From Eledone cirrhosa (Eukaryota), in the NCBI GenBank assembly GCA_964016885.1, contig OZ024744.1, positions 128,154,001-128,218,000 on the forward strand: a stretch of 64,000 bases of DNA, written 5' to 3'. Positions 47,001-59,000 of the stretch are shown here, in pieces. Made by a program: the position numbers and the translations under genes. Numbering within the stretch: the stretch's first letter is position 1; each line of letters begins with the position of its first letter. Under the pieces are notes generated by a model. That model saw only the letters and a list, made by a program, of their open reading frames with translations, searched no databases and was not told the origin of the DNA.

Positions 47001-50000
47001 GGGGTTATGTTAAGTTGGGGTTAAGTTAAGTTGGGGTTAAGTTAAGTTGGTGTTAAGTAAAGTTGGGGTTAAGTTAAGTTGTGGGTTAAGTTAAGTTGGG
47101 GTTAAGTTAAGTTGGGGTTAAGTTAAGTTGGTGTTAAGTAAAGTTGGGCTTAAGTTAAGTTGGGTTTGAGTTAAGTTGGGGCTAAGTTAAGTTAGGGCTA
47201 AGTTAAGTTGGGGTTAAGTTAAGTTGGGGCTAGGTTAAGTTGGGTCTAATTTAAGTTGGGGTTAAGTTAAGTTGGGGTTAAGTTAAGTTGGGGTTAAATT
47301 AAGTTGGGGTTAAGTTAAGTTGGGCTTAAGCTAAGTTGGGGTTAAGTTAGGTTGTGGGTTAAGTTAAGTTGGGGTTAAGTTAAGCTGGGGTTAAGTTGGG
47401 GTAAGTTAAGTTGGGGGTAAGTTAAGTTGGGGTTAAGTTAAGTTGGGGTTAAGTTAAGTTGGGGTTAAGTTAAGTTGGGGTTAAGTTAAGTTGGAGTTGA
47501 GTTAAGTTGGGGTTGAGTTAAGTTGGGGTTAAGTTAAGTTGGGGTTAAGTTAAGTTGGGGTTAAGTTAAGTTGGGGTTAAGTTAAGCTGGGGTTAAGTTG
47601 GGGTAAGTTAAGTTGGGGTTAAGTTAAGTTGGGGTTAAGTTAAGTTGGGGTTAAGTTAAGTTGGGGTTAAGTTAAGTTGGGGTTGAGTTAAGTTGGGGTT
47701 GAGTTAAGTTGGGGTTAAGTTAAGTTGGGGTTAAGTTAAGTTGGGGTTAAGTTAAGTTGGGGTTAAGTTAAGTTGGGGTTAAGTTAAGTTGGGGGTAAGT
47801 TAAGATGGGGGCAAGTTAAGTTGGGGTTAAGTTAAGTTGGGGTTAAGTTAAGTTGGGGTTAAGTTAAGTTGGGGTTAAGTTAAGTTGGGGTTAAGTTAAG
47901 TTGGGGTTAAGTTAAGTTAGGGTTAATTTCAGTTGGGGTTATGTTAAGTTGGGGTTAAGTTAAGTTGGGGTTAAGTTAAAGTTGGGGTTAAGTTAAGTTG
48001 GGGTAAAGTTAAGTTGGGGTTAAGTTAAGTTGGGGTTAAATTAAGTTGGGGTTCAGTTAAGTTGGGGTTAAATTAAGTTGGGGTTAAGTTAAGTTGGGGT
48101 TAGTTAAGTTGGGGTTAAGTTAAGTTGGGGTTAAGTTAAGTTGGGGTTAAGTTAAGTTGGGGTTAAGTTAAGTTGGCGTTAAGTTAAGTTGGGGTTAAGT
48201 TAAGTTGGGGTTAAATTAAGTTGGGGTTAAGTTAAGTTGGGGTTAATTTAAGTTGGGGTTAAGTTAAGTTGGGGTTAATTTAAGTTGGAGTTAAGTCAAG
48301 TTGGGGTTAAGTCAAGTTGGGGTTAAGTCAAGTTGGGGTTAAGTCAAGTTGGGGTTAAGTTAAGTTGGGATTAAGTTAAGTTGGGGTTAAGTTAAGTTGG
48401 GGTTAAGATAAGTTGGGGTTAAGTTAAGTTGGGGTTAATTTAAGTTGGGGTTGAGTTAAGTTCGGGTTAAGTTAAGTTCGGGTTGAGTTAAGTTGGGGTT
48501 AAGTTAAGTTGGGGTTAAGTTAAGTTGGGGTTAAGTTAAGTTGGGGTTAAGATAAGTTGGGGTTAAGTTAAGTTGGGGTTAATTTAAGTTGGGGTTGAGT
48601 TAATTTGGGTTTAAGTTAAGTTGGGCTTAACTTAAGTTGGGGTTAAGTTGGGGTTAAGTTAAGTTGGGGTTAAGTTAAGTTGGGGTTAAGTTAAGTTGGG
48701 GGTAAGTTAAGTTGGGGGCAAGTTAAGTTGGGGTTAATTTAAGTTGGGGTTAAGTTAAGTTGGGGTTATGTTAAGTTGGGGTTAATTTAAGTTGGGGTTA
48801 AGTTAAGTTGGGGGTAACTTAAGTTGAGGGTAAGTTAAGTTGAGGGTAAGTTAAGTTGAGGGTAAGTTAAGTTGAGGTTAAGTTAAGTTGGGGTTAAGTT
48901 AAGTTGGGGGTAAGTTAAGTTGGGGCTAAGTTAAGTTGGGGCTAAGTTAAGTTGGGGCTGAGTTAAGTTGGGGTTAAGTTAAGTTGGGGTTGAGTTAAGT
49001 TGGGGTTAAGTTAAGTTGGGATTAAGTTAAGTTGGGGTTAAGTTAAGTTGGGGTTAAGATAAGTTGGGGTTAAGTTAAGTTGGGGTTAAGTTAAGTTGGG
49101 GTTGAGTTAATTTGGGGTTAAGTTAAGTTGGGGTTAACTTAAGTTGGGTTTAAGTTGGGGTTAAGTTAAGTTGGGGGTAGGTTAAGTTGGGGGCAAGTTA
49201 AGTTGGGGTTAAGTTAAGTTGGGGTTAAGTTAAGTTGGGTTTAAGTTAAGTTGGGGCTAAGTTAAGTTGGGGCTAAGTTAAGTTGGGGCTGAGTTAAGTT
49301 GGGTGTAAGTTAAGTTGGGGTTCAGTTCAGTTGGGGTTAAGTTAAGTTGGGGTTAAGTTAAGTTGGGGTTAAGTTAAGTTGGGGTTAAGTTAAGTTGTGG
49401 TTGAGTTAAGTTGGGGTTGAGTTAAGTTGGGGTTAAGTTAAGTTGGGGTTAAGTTAAGTTGGGGTTAAGTTAAGTTGGGGGTAAGTTAAGTTGGGGGTAA
49501 GTTAAGTTGGGGGCAAGTTAAGTTGGGGTTAAGTTAAGTTGGGGTTAAGTTAAGTTGGGGTTAAGTTAAGTTAGGGTTAATTTCAGTTGGGGTTAAGTTA
49601 AGTTGGGGTTAAGTTAAGTTAGGGTTAATTTAAGTTGGGGTTATGTTAAGTTGGGGTTAAGTTAAGTTGGGGTTAAGTTAAGTTGGTGTTAAGTAAAGTT
49701 GGGGTTAAGTTAAGTTGTGGGTTAAGTTAAGTTGGGGTTAAGTTGGGGTTAAGTTAAGTTGGTGTTAAGTAAAGTTGGGCTTAAGTTAAGTTGGGTTTGA
49801 GTTAAGTTGGGGCTAAGTTAAGTTAGGGCTAAGTTAAGTTGGGGTTAAGTTAAGTTGGGGCTAGGTTAAGTTGGGTCTAATTTAAGTTGGGGTTAAGTTA
49901 AGTTGGGGTTAAGTTAAGTTGGGGTTAAATTAAGTTGGGGTTAAGTTAAGTTGGGCTTAAGCTAAGTTGGGGTTAAGTTAGGTTGTGGGTTAAGTTAAGT

Positions 50001-53000
50001 TGGGGTTAAGTTAAGCTGGGGTTAAGTTGGGGTAAGTTAAGTTGGGGGTAAGTTAAGTTGGGGTTAAGTTAAGTTGGGGTTAAGTTAAGTTGGGGTTAAG
50101 TTAAGTTGGGGTTAAGTTAAGTTGGAGTTGAGTTAAGTTGGGGTTGAGTTAAGTTGGGGTTAAGTTAAGTTGGGATTAAGTTAAGTTGGGGTTAAGTTAA
50201 GTTGGGGTTAAGTTAAGCTGGGGTTAAGTTGGGGTAAGTTAAGTTGGGGTTAAGTTAAGTTGGGGTTAAGTTAAGTTGGGGTTAAGTTAAGTTGGGGTTA
50301 AGTTAAGTTGGGGTTGAGTTAAGTTGGGGTTGAGTTAAGTTGGGGTTAAGTTAAGTTGGGGTTAAGTTAAGTTGGGGTTAAGTTAAGTTGGGGTTAAGTT
50401 AAGTTGGGGTTAAGTTAAGTTGGGGGTAAGTTAAGATGGGGGCAAGTTAAGTTGGGGTTAAGTTAAGTTGGGGTTAAGTTAAGTTGGGGTTAAGTTAAGT
50501 TGGGGTTAAGTTAAGTTGGGGTTAAGTTAAGTTGGGGTTAAGTTAAGTTAGGGTTAATTTCAGTTGGGGTTATGTTAAGTTGGGGTTAAGTTAAGTTGGG
50601 GTTAAGTTAAAGTTGGGGTTAAGTTAAGTTGGGGTAAAGTTAAGTTGGGGTTAAGTTAAGTTGGGGTTAAATTAAGTTGGGGTTCAGTTAAGTTGGGGTT
50701 AAATTAAGTTGGGGTTAAGTTAAGTTGGGGTTAGTTAAGTTGGGGTTAAGTTAAGTTGGGGTTAAGTTAAGTTGGGGTTAAGTTAAGTTGGGGTTAAGTT
50801 AAGTTGGCGTTAAGTTAAGTTGGGGTTAAGTTAAGTTGGGGTTAAATTAAGTTGGGGTTAAGTTAAGTTGGGGTTAATTTAAGTTGGGGTTAAGTTAAGT
50901 TGGGGTTAATTTAAGTTGGAGTTAAGTCAAGTTGGGGTTAAGTCAAGTTGGGGTTAAGTCAAGTTGGGGTTAAGTCAAGTTGGGGTTAAGTTAAGTTGGG
51001 ATTAAGTTAAGTTGGGGTTAAGTTAAGTTGGGGTTAAGATAAGTTGGGGTTAAGTTAAGTTGGGGTTAATTTAAGTTGGGGTTGAGTTAAGTTCGGGTTA
51101 AGTTAAGTTCGGGTTGAGTTAAGTTGGGGTTAAGTTAAGTTGGGGTTAAGTTAAGTTGGGGTTAAGTTAAGTTGGGGTTAAGATAAGTTGGGGTTAAGTT
51201 AAGTTGGGGTTAATTTAAGTTGGGGTTGAGTTAATTTGGGTTTAAGTTAAGTTGGGCTTAACTTAAGTTGGGGTTAAGTTGGGGTTAAGTTAAGTTGGGG
51301 TTAAGTTAAGTTGGGGTTAAGTTAAGTTGGGGGTAAGTTAAGTTGGGGGCAAGTTAAGTTGGGGTTAATTTAAGTTGGGGTTAAGTTAAGTTGGGGTTAT
51401 GTTAAGTTGGGGTTAATTTAAGTTGGGGTTAAGTTAAGTTGGGGGTAACTTAAGTTGAGGGTAAGTTAAGTTGAGGGTAAGTTAAGTTGAGGGTAAGTTA
51501 AGTTGAGGTTAAGTTAAGTTGGGGTTAAGTTAAGTTGGGGGTAAGTTAAGTTGGGGGTAAGTTAAGTTGGGGTTAAGTTAAGTTGGGGTTAAATTAAGTT
51601 GAGGTTAAGTTAATTTGGGGTTAAGTTAAGTTGGGGTTAAGTTAAGTTGGGGGTAAGATAAGTTGGGGCTAAGTTAAGTTGGGGCTAAGTCAAGTTGGGG
51701 TTAAGTCAAGTTGAGGTTAACTTAAGTTGGGGTTAAGTTAAGTTGGGGTTAAGTTAAGTTGGGTTTAAGGTAAGTTGGGGTTAAGTTAAGTTGGGGCTAA
51801 GTTAAGTTGGGGCTAAGTTAAGTTGGGGCTGAGTTAAGTTGGGGTTAAGTTGGGGTTGAGTTAAGTTGGGGTTAAGTTAAGTTGGGATTAAGTTAAGTTG
51901 GGGTTAAGTTAAGTTCGGGTTGAGTTAAGTTGGGGTTAAGTTAAGTTGGGGTTAATTTAAGTTGGGGTTAAGTTAAGTTGGGGTTAAGATAAGTTGGGGT
52001 TAAGTTAAGTTGGGGTTAAGTTAAGTTGGGGTTGAGTTAATTTGGGTTTAAGTTAAGTTGGGGTTAACTTAAGTTGGGGTTAAGTTAAGTTGGGGTTAAG
52101 TTAAGTTGGGGGTAAGTTAAGTTGGGGGCAAGTTGAGTTGGGGTTAAGTTAAGTTGGGGTTAAGTTAAGGTGGGGGTAAGTTAAGTTGGGGGTAAGTTAA
52201 GTTGGGGTTAAGTTAAGTTGGGGTTAAGTTAAGTTGGGTTTAAGTTAAGTTGGGGCTAAGTCTAGTTGGGGCTAAGTTAAGTTGGGGCTGAGTTAAGTTG
52301 GGGTTAAGTTAAGTTGGGGTTGAGTTAAGTTGGGGTTAACTTAAGTTGGGGTTAAGTTGGGGTTAAGTTAAGTTGGGGTTAAATTAAGTTGGGGGTTAGT
52401 TAAGTTGCGGCAAGTTAAGTTGGGGATAATTTAAGTTGGGGTTAAGTTAAGTTGGGGTTATGTTAAGTTGGGGTTAAGTTAAGTTGGGGTTAAGTTAAGT
52501 TGGGGGTAAGTTAATTTGGGGCTGAGTTAAGATAGGGTTAAGTTAAGTTCGGGTTGAGTTAAGTTGGGGTTAAGTTAAGTTGGGGTTAAGTTAAGTTGGG
52601 ATTAAGTTAAGTTGGGGTTAAGATAAGTTGGGGTTAAGTTAAGTTGGGGTTAATTTAAGTTGGGGTTGAGTTAAGTTCGGGTTAAGTTAAGTTCGGGTTG
52701 AGTTAAGTTGGGGTTAAGTTAAGTTGGGGTTAAGTTAAGTTGGGGTTAAGTTAAGTTGGGGTTAAGATAAGTTGGGGTTAAGTTAAGTTGGGGTTAATTT
52801 AAGTTGGGGTTGAGTTAATTTGGGTTTAAGTTAAGTTGGGCTTAACTTAAGTTGGGGTTAAGTTGGGGTTAAGTTAAGTTGGGGTTAAGTTAAGTTGGGG
52901 TTAAGTTAAGTTGGGGGTAAGTTAAGTTGGGGGCAAGTTAAGTTGGGGTTAATTTAAGTTGGGGTTAAGTTAAGTTGGGGTTATGTTAAGTTGGGGTTAA

Positions 53001-56000
53001 TTTAAGTTGGGGTTAAGTTAAGTTGGGGGTAACTTAAGTTGAGGGTAAGTTAAGTTGAGGGTAAGTTAAGTTGAGGGTAAGTTAAGTTGAGGTTAAGTTA
53101 AGTTGGGGTTAAGTTAAGTTGGGGGTAAGTTAAGTTGGGGGTAAGTTAAGTTGGGGTTAAGTTAAGTTGGGGTTAAATTAAGTTGAGGTTAAGTTAATTT
53201 GGGGTTAAGTTAAGTTGGGGTTAAGTTAAGTTGGGGGTAAGATAAGTTGGGGCTAAGTTAAGTTGGGGCTAAGTCAAGTTGGGGTTAAGTCAAGTTGAGG
53301 TTAACTTAAGTTGGGGTTAAGTTAAGTTGGCGTTAAGTTAAGTTGGGGTTAAGGTAAGTTGGGGTTAAGTTAAGTTGGGGCTAAGTTAAGTTGGGGCTAA
53401 GTTAAGTTGGGGCTGAGTTAAGTTGGGGTTAAGTTGCGGTTGAGTTAAGTTGGGGTTAAGTTAAGTTGGGATTAAGTTAAGTTGGGGTTAAGTTAAGTTC
53501 GGGTTGAGTTAAGTTGGGGTTAAGTTAAGTTGGGGTTAATTTAAGTTGGGGTTAAGTTAAGTTGGGGTTAAGATAAGTTGGGGTTAAGTTAAGTTGGGGT
53601 TAAGTTAAGTTGGGGTTGAGTTAATTTGGGGTTAAGTTAAGTTGGGGTTAACTTAAGTTGGGGTTAAGTTAAGTTGGGGTTAAGTTAAGTTGGGGGTAAG
53701 TTAAGTTGGGGGCAAGCTAAGTTGGGGTTCAGTTAAGTTGGGGTTAAGTTAATTTGGGGCTGAGTTAAGTTGGGGTTAAGTTAAGTTCGGGTTGAGTTAA
53801 GTTGGGGTTAAGTTAAGTTGGGGTTAAGTTAAGTTGGGGTTAAGTTAAGTTGGGGTTAAGATAAGTTGGGGTTAAGTTAAGTTGGGGTTAATTTAAGTTG
53901 GGGTTGAGTTAACTTGGGTTTAAGTTAAGTTGGGCTTAACTTAAGTTGGGGTTAAGTTAAGTTGGGGTTAAGTTAAGTTGGGGGTAAGTTAAGTTGGGGG
54001 CAAGTTAAGTTGGGGTTAATTTAAGTTGAGGTTAAGTTAAGTTGGGGTTAAGTTAAGTTGGGGGTAAGTTAAGTTGGGGGTAAGTTAAGTTGGGGTTAAG
54101 TTAAGTTGGGGTTAAATTAAGTTGAGGTTAAGTTAATTTGGGGTTAAGTTAAGTTGGGGTTAAGTTAAGTTGGGGGTAAGATAAGTTGGGGCTAAGTTAA
54201 GTTGGGGCTAAGTCAAGTTGGGGTTAAGTCAAGTTGGGGTTAAGTCAAGTTGAGGTTAACTTAAGTTGGGGTTAAGTTAAGTTGGGGTTAAGTTAAGTTG
54301 GGGTTAAGGTAAGTTGGGGTTAAGTTAAGTTGGGGCTAAGTTAAGTTGGGGCTAATTTAAGTTGGGGCTGAGTTAAGTTGGGGTTAAGTTGGGGTTGAGT
54401 TAAGTTGGGGTTAAGTTAAGTTGGTATTAAGTTAAGTTGGGGTTAAGTTAAGTTCGGGTTGAGTTAAGTTGGGGTTAAGTTAAGTTGGGGTTAATTTAAG
54501 TTGGGGTTAAGTTAAGTTGGGGTTAAGATAAGTTGGGGTTAAGTTAAGTTGGGGTTAAGTTAAGTTGGGGTTGAGTTAATTTGGGGTTAAGTTAAGTTGG
54601 GGTTAACTTAAGTTGGGGTTAAGTTAAGTTGGGGTTAAGTTAAGTTGGGGGTAAGTTAAGTCGGGGTTAAGTTAAGTTGGGGTTAAGTTAAGTTGGGTTT
54701 AAGTTAAGTTGGGGCTAAGTTAAGTTGGGGCTAAGTTAAGTTGGGGCTGAGTTAAGTTGGGGGTAACTTAAGTTGGGTATAAGTTAAGTTGGGGTTAAGT
54801 TAAGTTGGGGTTCAGTTCAGTTGGGGTTAAGTTAAGTTGGGGTTAAGTTAAGCTGGGGTTAAGTTAAGTTGGGGTTAATTTAAGTTGGGGTTAAGTTAAG
54901 TTGGGGTTGAGTTAAGTTGGGGTTGAGTTAAGCTGGGGTTAATTTAAGTTGGGGTTAAGTTAAGTTGGGGTTAAGTTAAGTTGGGGTTAAGTTAAGTTGG
55001 GGGTAAGTTAAGTTGGGGGCAAGTTAAGTTGGGGTTAAGTTAAGTTGGGGTTAAGTTAAGTTGGGGTTAAGTTAAGTTAGGGTTAATTTCAGTTGGGGTT
55101 AAGTTAAGTTGGGGTTAAGTTAAGTTAGGGTTAATTTAAGTTGGGGTTATGTTAAGTTGGGATTAAGTTAAGTTGGGGTTAAGTTAAGTTGGTGTTAAGT
55201 AAAGTTGGGGTTAAGTTAAGTTGTGGGTTAAGTTAAGTTGGGGTTAAGTTAAGTTGGGCTTAAGTTAAGTTGGGTTTGAGTTAAGTTGGGGCTAAGTTAA
55301 GTTAGGGCTGAGTTAAGTTGGGGTTAAGTTAAGTTGGGGCTAGGTTAAGTTGGGTCTAAGTTAAGTTGGGGTTAAGTTAAGTTGGGGTTAAGTTCAGTTG
55401 GGGTTAAATTAAGTTGGGGTTAAGTTAAGTTGGCGTTAAGCTAAGTTGGGGTTAAGTTAATTTGCGGTTAAGTTAGGTTGTGGGTTAAGTTAAGTTGGGG
55501 GTAAGTTAAGTTGGGGGTAAGTTAAGTTGGGGTTAATTTAAGTTGGGGTTAAGTTAAGTTGGGGTTAAGTTAAGTTGGGGTTAAGTTAAGTTGGGGTTAA
55601 GTTAAGTTGGCGTTAATTTAACTTGGGGTAAAGTTAAGTTGGGGTTAAGTTAAGTTGGGGTTAAGTTAAGTTGGGGTTAAGTTAAGTTGGGGTTAAGTCA
55701 AGTTGGGGTTAAGTCAAGTTGGGGTTAAGTTAAGTTGGGGGTAAGTTAAGTTGGGTATAAGTTAAGTTGGGGTTAAGTTAAAATGTGGTTAAATTCAGTT
55801 GGGGTTAAGTTAAGTTGGGGTTAAGTTAAGTTGGGGGTAAGTTAAGTTGGGGGCAAGTTAAGTTGGGGTTAAGTTAAGTTGGGGTTAAGTTAAGTTGGGG
55901 TTAAGTTAAGTTGGGGTTAAGTTAAGTTAGGGTTAATTTCAGTTGGGGTTATGTTAAGTTGGGTTTAAGTTAAGTTGGGGTTAAGTTAAAGTTGGGGTTA

Positions 56001-59000
56001 AGTTAAGTTGGGGTAAAGTTAAGTTAGGGTTAAGTTGAGTTGGGGTTAAGTTAAGTTGGGGTTAAATTAAGTTGGGGTTAAGTTAAGTTGGGGTTAAGGT
56101 AAGTTGGGGTTAAATTAAGTTGGGGTTCAGTTAAGTTGGGGTTAAATTAAGTTGGGGTTAAGTTAAGTTGGGGTTAGTTAAGTTGGGGTTAAGTTAAGTT
56201 GGGGTTAAGTTAAGTTGGGGTTAAGTTAAGTTGGCGTTAAGTTAAGTTGGGGTTAAGTTAAGTTGGGGTTAAATTAAGTTGGGGTTAAGTTAAGTTGGGG
56301 TTAATTTAAGTTGGGGTTAAGTTAAGTTGGGGTTAAGTTAAGTTGGAGTTAAGTCAAGTTGGGGTTAAGTCAAGTTGCGGTTAAGTCAAGTTGGGGTTAA
56401 GTCAAGTTGGGGTTAAGTTAAGTTGGGGTTAAGTTAAGTTGGGGTTAACTTAAGTTGGGGTTAATTTGGGGTTAAGTTAAGTTGGGGTTAAATTAAGTTG
56501 GGGGTTAGTTAAGTTGGGGCAAGTTAAGTTGGGGTTAATTTAAGTTGGGGTTAAGTTAAGTTGGGGTTATGTTAAGTTGGGGTTAAGTTAAGTTGGGGTT
56601 AAGTTAAGTTGGGGGTAAGTTAAGTTGGGGTTAAGTTAAGTTGGGGGTAAGTTAAGTTGAGGGTAAGTTAAGTTGGGGTTAAGTTAAGTTGGGGTTAAAT
56701 TAAGTTGAGGTTAAGTTAAGTTGGGGTTAAGTTAAGTTGGGGGTAAGATAAGTTGGGGGTAAGATAAGTTGGGGTTAACTTAAGTTGGGGTTAAGTTAAG
56801 TTGGGGTTAATTTAAGTTGGGGTTAAGTTAAGTTGGGGTTAAGATAAGTTGGGGTTAAGTTAAGTTGGGGTTAAGTTAAGTTGGGGTTGAGTTAATTTGG
56901 GGTTAAGTTAAGTTGGGGTTAACTTAAGTTGGGGTTAAGTTGGGGTTAAGTTAAGTTGGGGGTAGGTTAAGTTGGGGGCAAGTTTAGTTGGGGTTAAGTT
57001 AAGTTGGGGTTACGTTAAGTTGGGCGTAAGTTAAGTCGGGGTTAAGTTAAGTTGGGGTTAAGTTAAGTTGGGTTTAAGTTAAGTTGGGGCTAAGTTAAGT
57101 TGGAGCTAAGTTAAGTTGGGGCTGAGTTAAGTTGGGGGTAAGTTAAGTTGGGGTTAAGTTAAGTTGGGGTTCAGTTAAGTTGGGGTTAAGTTAAGTTGGG
57201 GTTAAGTTAAGCTGGGGTTAAGTTAAGTTGGGGTTAAGTTAAGTTGGGGTAAGTTAAGTTGGGGTTAAGTTAAGTTGGGGTTGAGTTAAGTTGGGGTTGA
57301 GTTAAGTTGGGGTTAAGTTAAGTTGGGGTTAAGTTAAGTTGGGGTTAAGTTAAGTTGGGGTTAAGTTAAGTTGGGGGTAAGTTAAGTTGGGGGCAAGTTA
57401 AGTTGGGGTTAAGTTAAGTTGGGGTTAAGTTAAGTTGGGGTTAAGTTAAGTTAGGGTTAATTTCAGTTGGGGTTATGTTAAGTTGGGGTTAAGTTAAGTT
57501 GGGGTTAAGTTAAAGTTGGGGTTAAGTTAAGTTGGGGTAAAGTTAAGTTAGGGTTAAGTTAAGTTGGGGTTAAGTTAAGTTGGGGTTAAATTAAGTTGGG
57601 GTTAAGTTAAGTTGGGGTTAAGTTAAGCTGGGGTTAAATTAAGTTGGGGTTCAGTTAAGTTGGCGTTAAATTAATTTGGGGTTAAGTTAAGTTGGGGTTA
57701 GTTAAGTTGGGGTTAAGTTAAGTTGGGGTTAAGTTAAGTTGGGGTTAAGTTAAGTTGGGGTTAAATTAAGTTGGGGTTAAGTTAAGTTGGGGTTAAGTTA
57801 AGTTGGGGTTAAGTTAAGTTAGGGTTAATTTCAGTTGGGGTTATGTTAAGTTGGGGTTAAGTTAAGTTGGGGTTAAGTTAAAGTTGGGGTTAAGTTAAGT
57901 TGGCGTAAAGTTAAGTTAGGGTTAAGTTAAGTTGGGGTTAAGTTAAGTTGGGGTTAAATTAAGTTGGGGTTAAGTTAAGTTGGGGTTAAGTTAAGTTAGG
58001 GTTAAATTAAGTTGGGGTTCAGTTAAGTTGGGGTTAAATTAAGTTGGGGTTAAGTTAAGTTGGGGTTAGTTAAGTTGGGGTTAAGTTAAGTTGGCGTTAA
58101 GTTAAGTTGGGGTTAAGTTAAGTTGGCGTTAAGTTAAGTTGGGGTTAAGTTAAGTTGGGGTTAAGTTAAGTTGGGGTTAAGTTAAGTTGGGGTTAATTTA
58201 AGTTGGGGTTAAGTTAAGTTGGGGTTAAGTTAAGTTGGAGTTAAGTCAAGTTGGTGTTAAGTCAAGTTGGGGTTAAGTCAAGTTGGGGTTAAGTCAAGTT
58301 GGGGTTAAGTTAAGTTGGGGTTAATTTACGTTGGGGTTAAGTTAAGTTGGGGGTAAGTTAAGTTGGGTGTAAGTTAAGTTGGGGTTAAGTTAAGTTGGGG
58401 TTCAGTTCAGTTGGGGTTAAGTTAAGTTGGGGTTAAGTTAAGCTGGGGGTAAGTTAAGTTGGGGTTAAGTTAAGTTGGGGTTAAGTTAAGTTGGGGTTAA
58501 GTTAAGTTGGGGTTCAGTTAAGTTGGGGTTAAGTTAATTTGGGGCTGAGTTAAGTTGGGGTTAAGTTAAGTTCGGGTTGAGTTAAGTTGGGGTTAAGTTA
58601 AGTTGGGGTTAAGTTAAGTTGGGGTTAAGTTAAGTTGGGGTTAAGATAAGTTGGGGTTAAGTTAAGTTGGGGTTAATTTAAGTTGGGGTTGAGTTAATTT
58701 GGGTTTAAGTTAAGTTAGCCTTAACTTAAGTTGGGGTTAAGTTAAGTTGGGGTTAAGTTAAGTTGGGGGTAAGTTAAGTTGGGGGCAAGTTAAGTTGGGG
58801 TTAATTTAAGTTGGGGTTAAGTTAAGTTGGGGTTAAGTTAAGTTGAGGGTAAGTTAAGTTGAGGTTAAGTTAAGTTGGGGTTAAGTTAAGTTGGGGGTAA
58901 GTTAAGTTGGGGGTAAGTTAAGTTGGGGTTAAGTTAAGTTGGGGTTAAATTAAGTTGAGGTTAAGTTAATTTGGGGTTAAGTTAAGTTAGGGTTAATTTC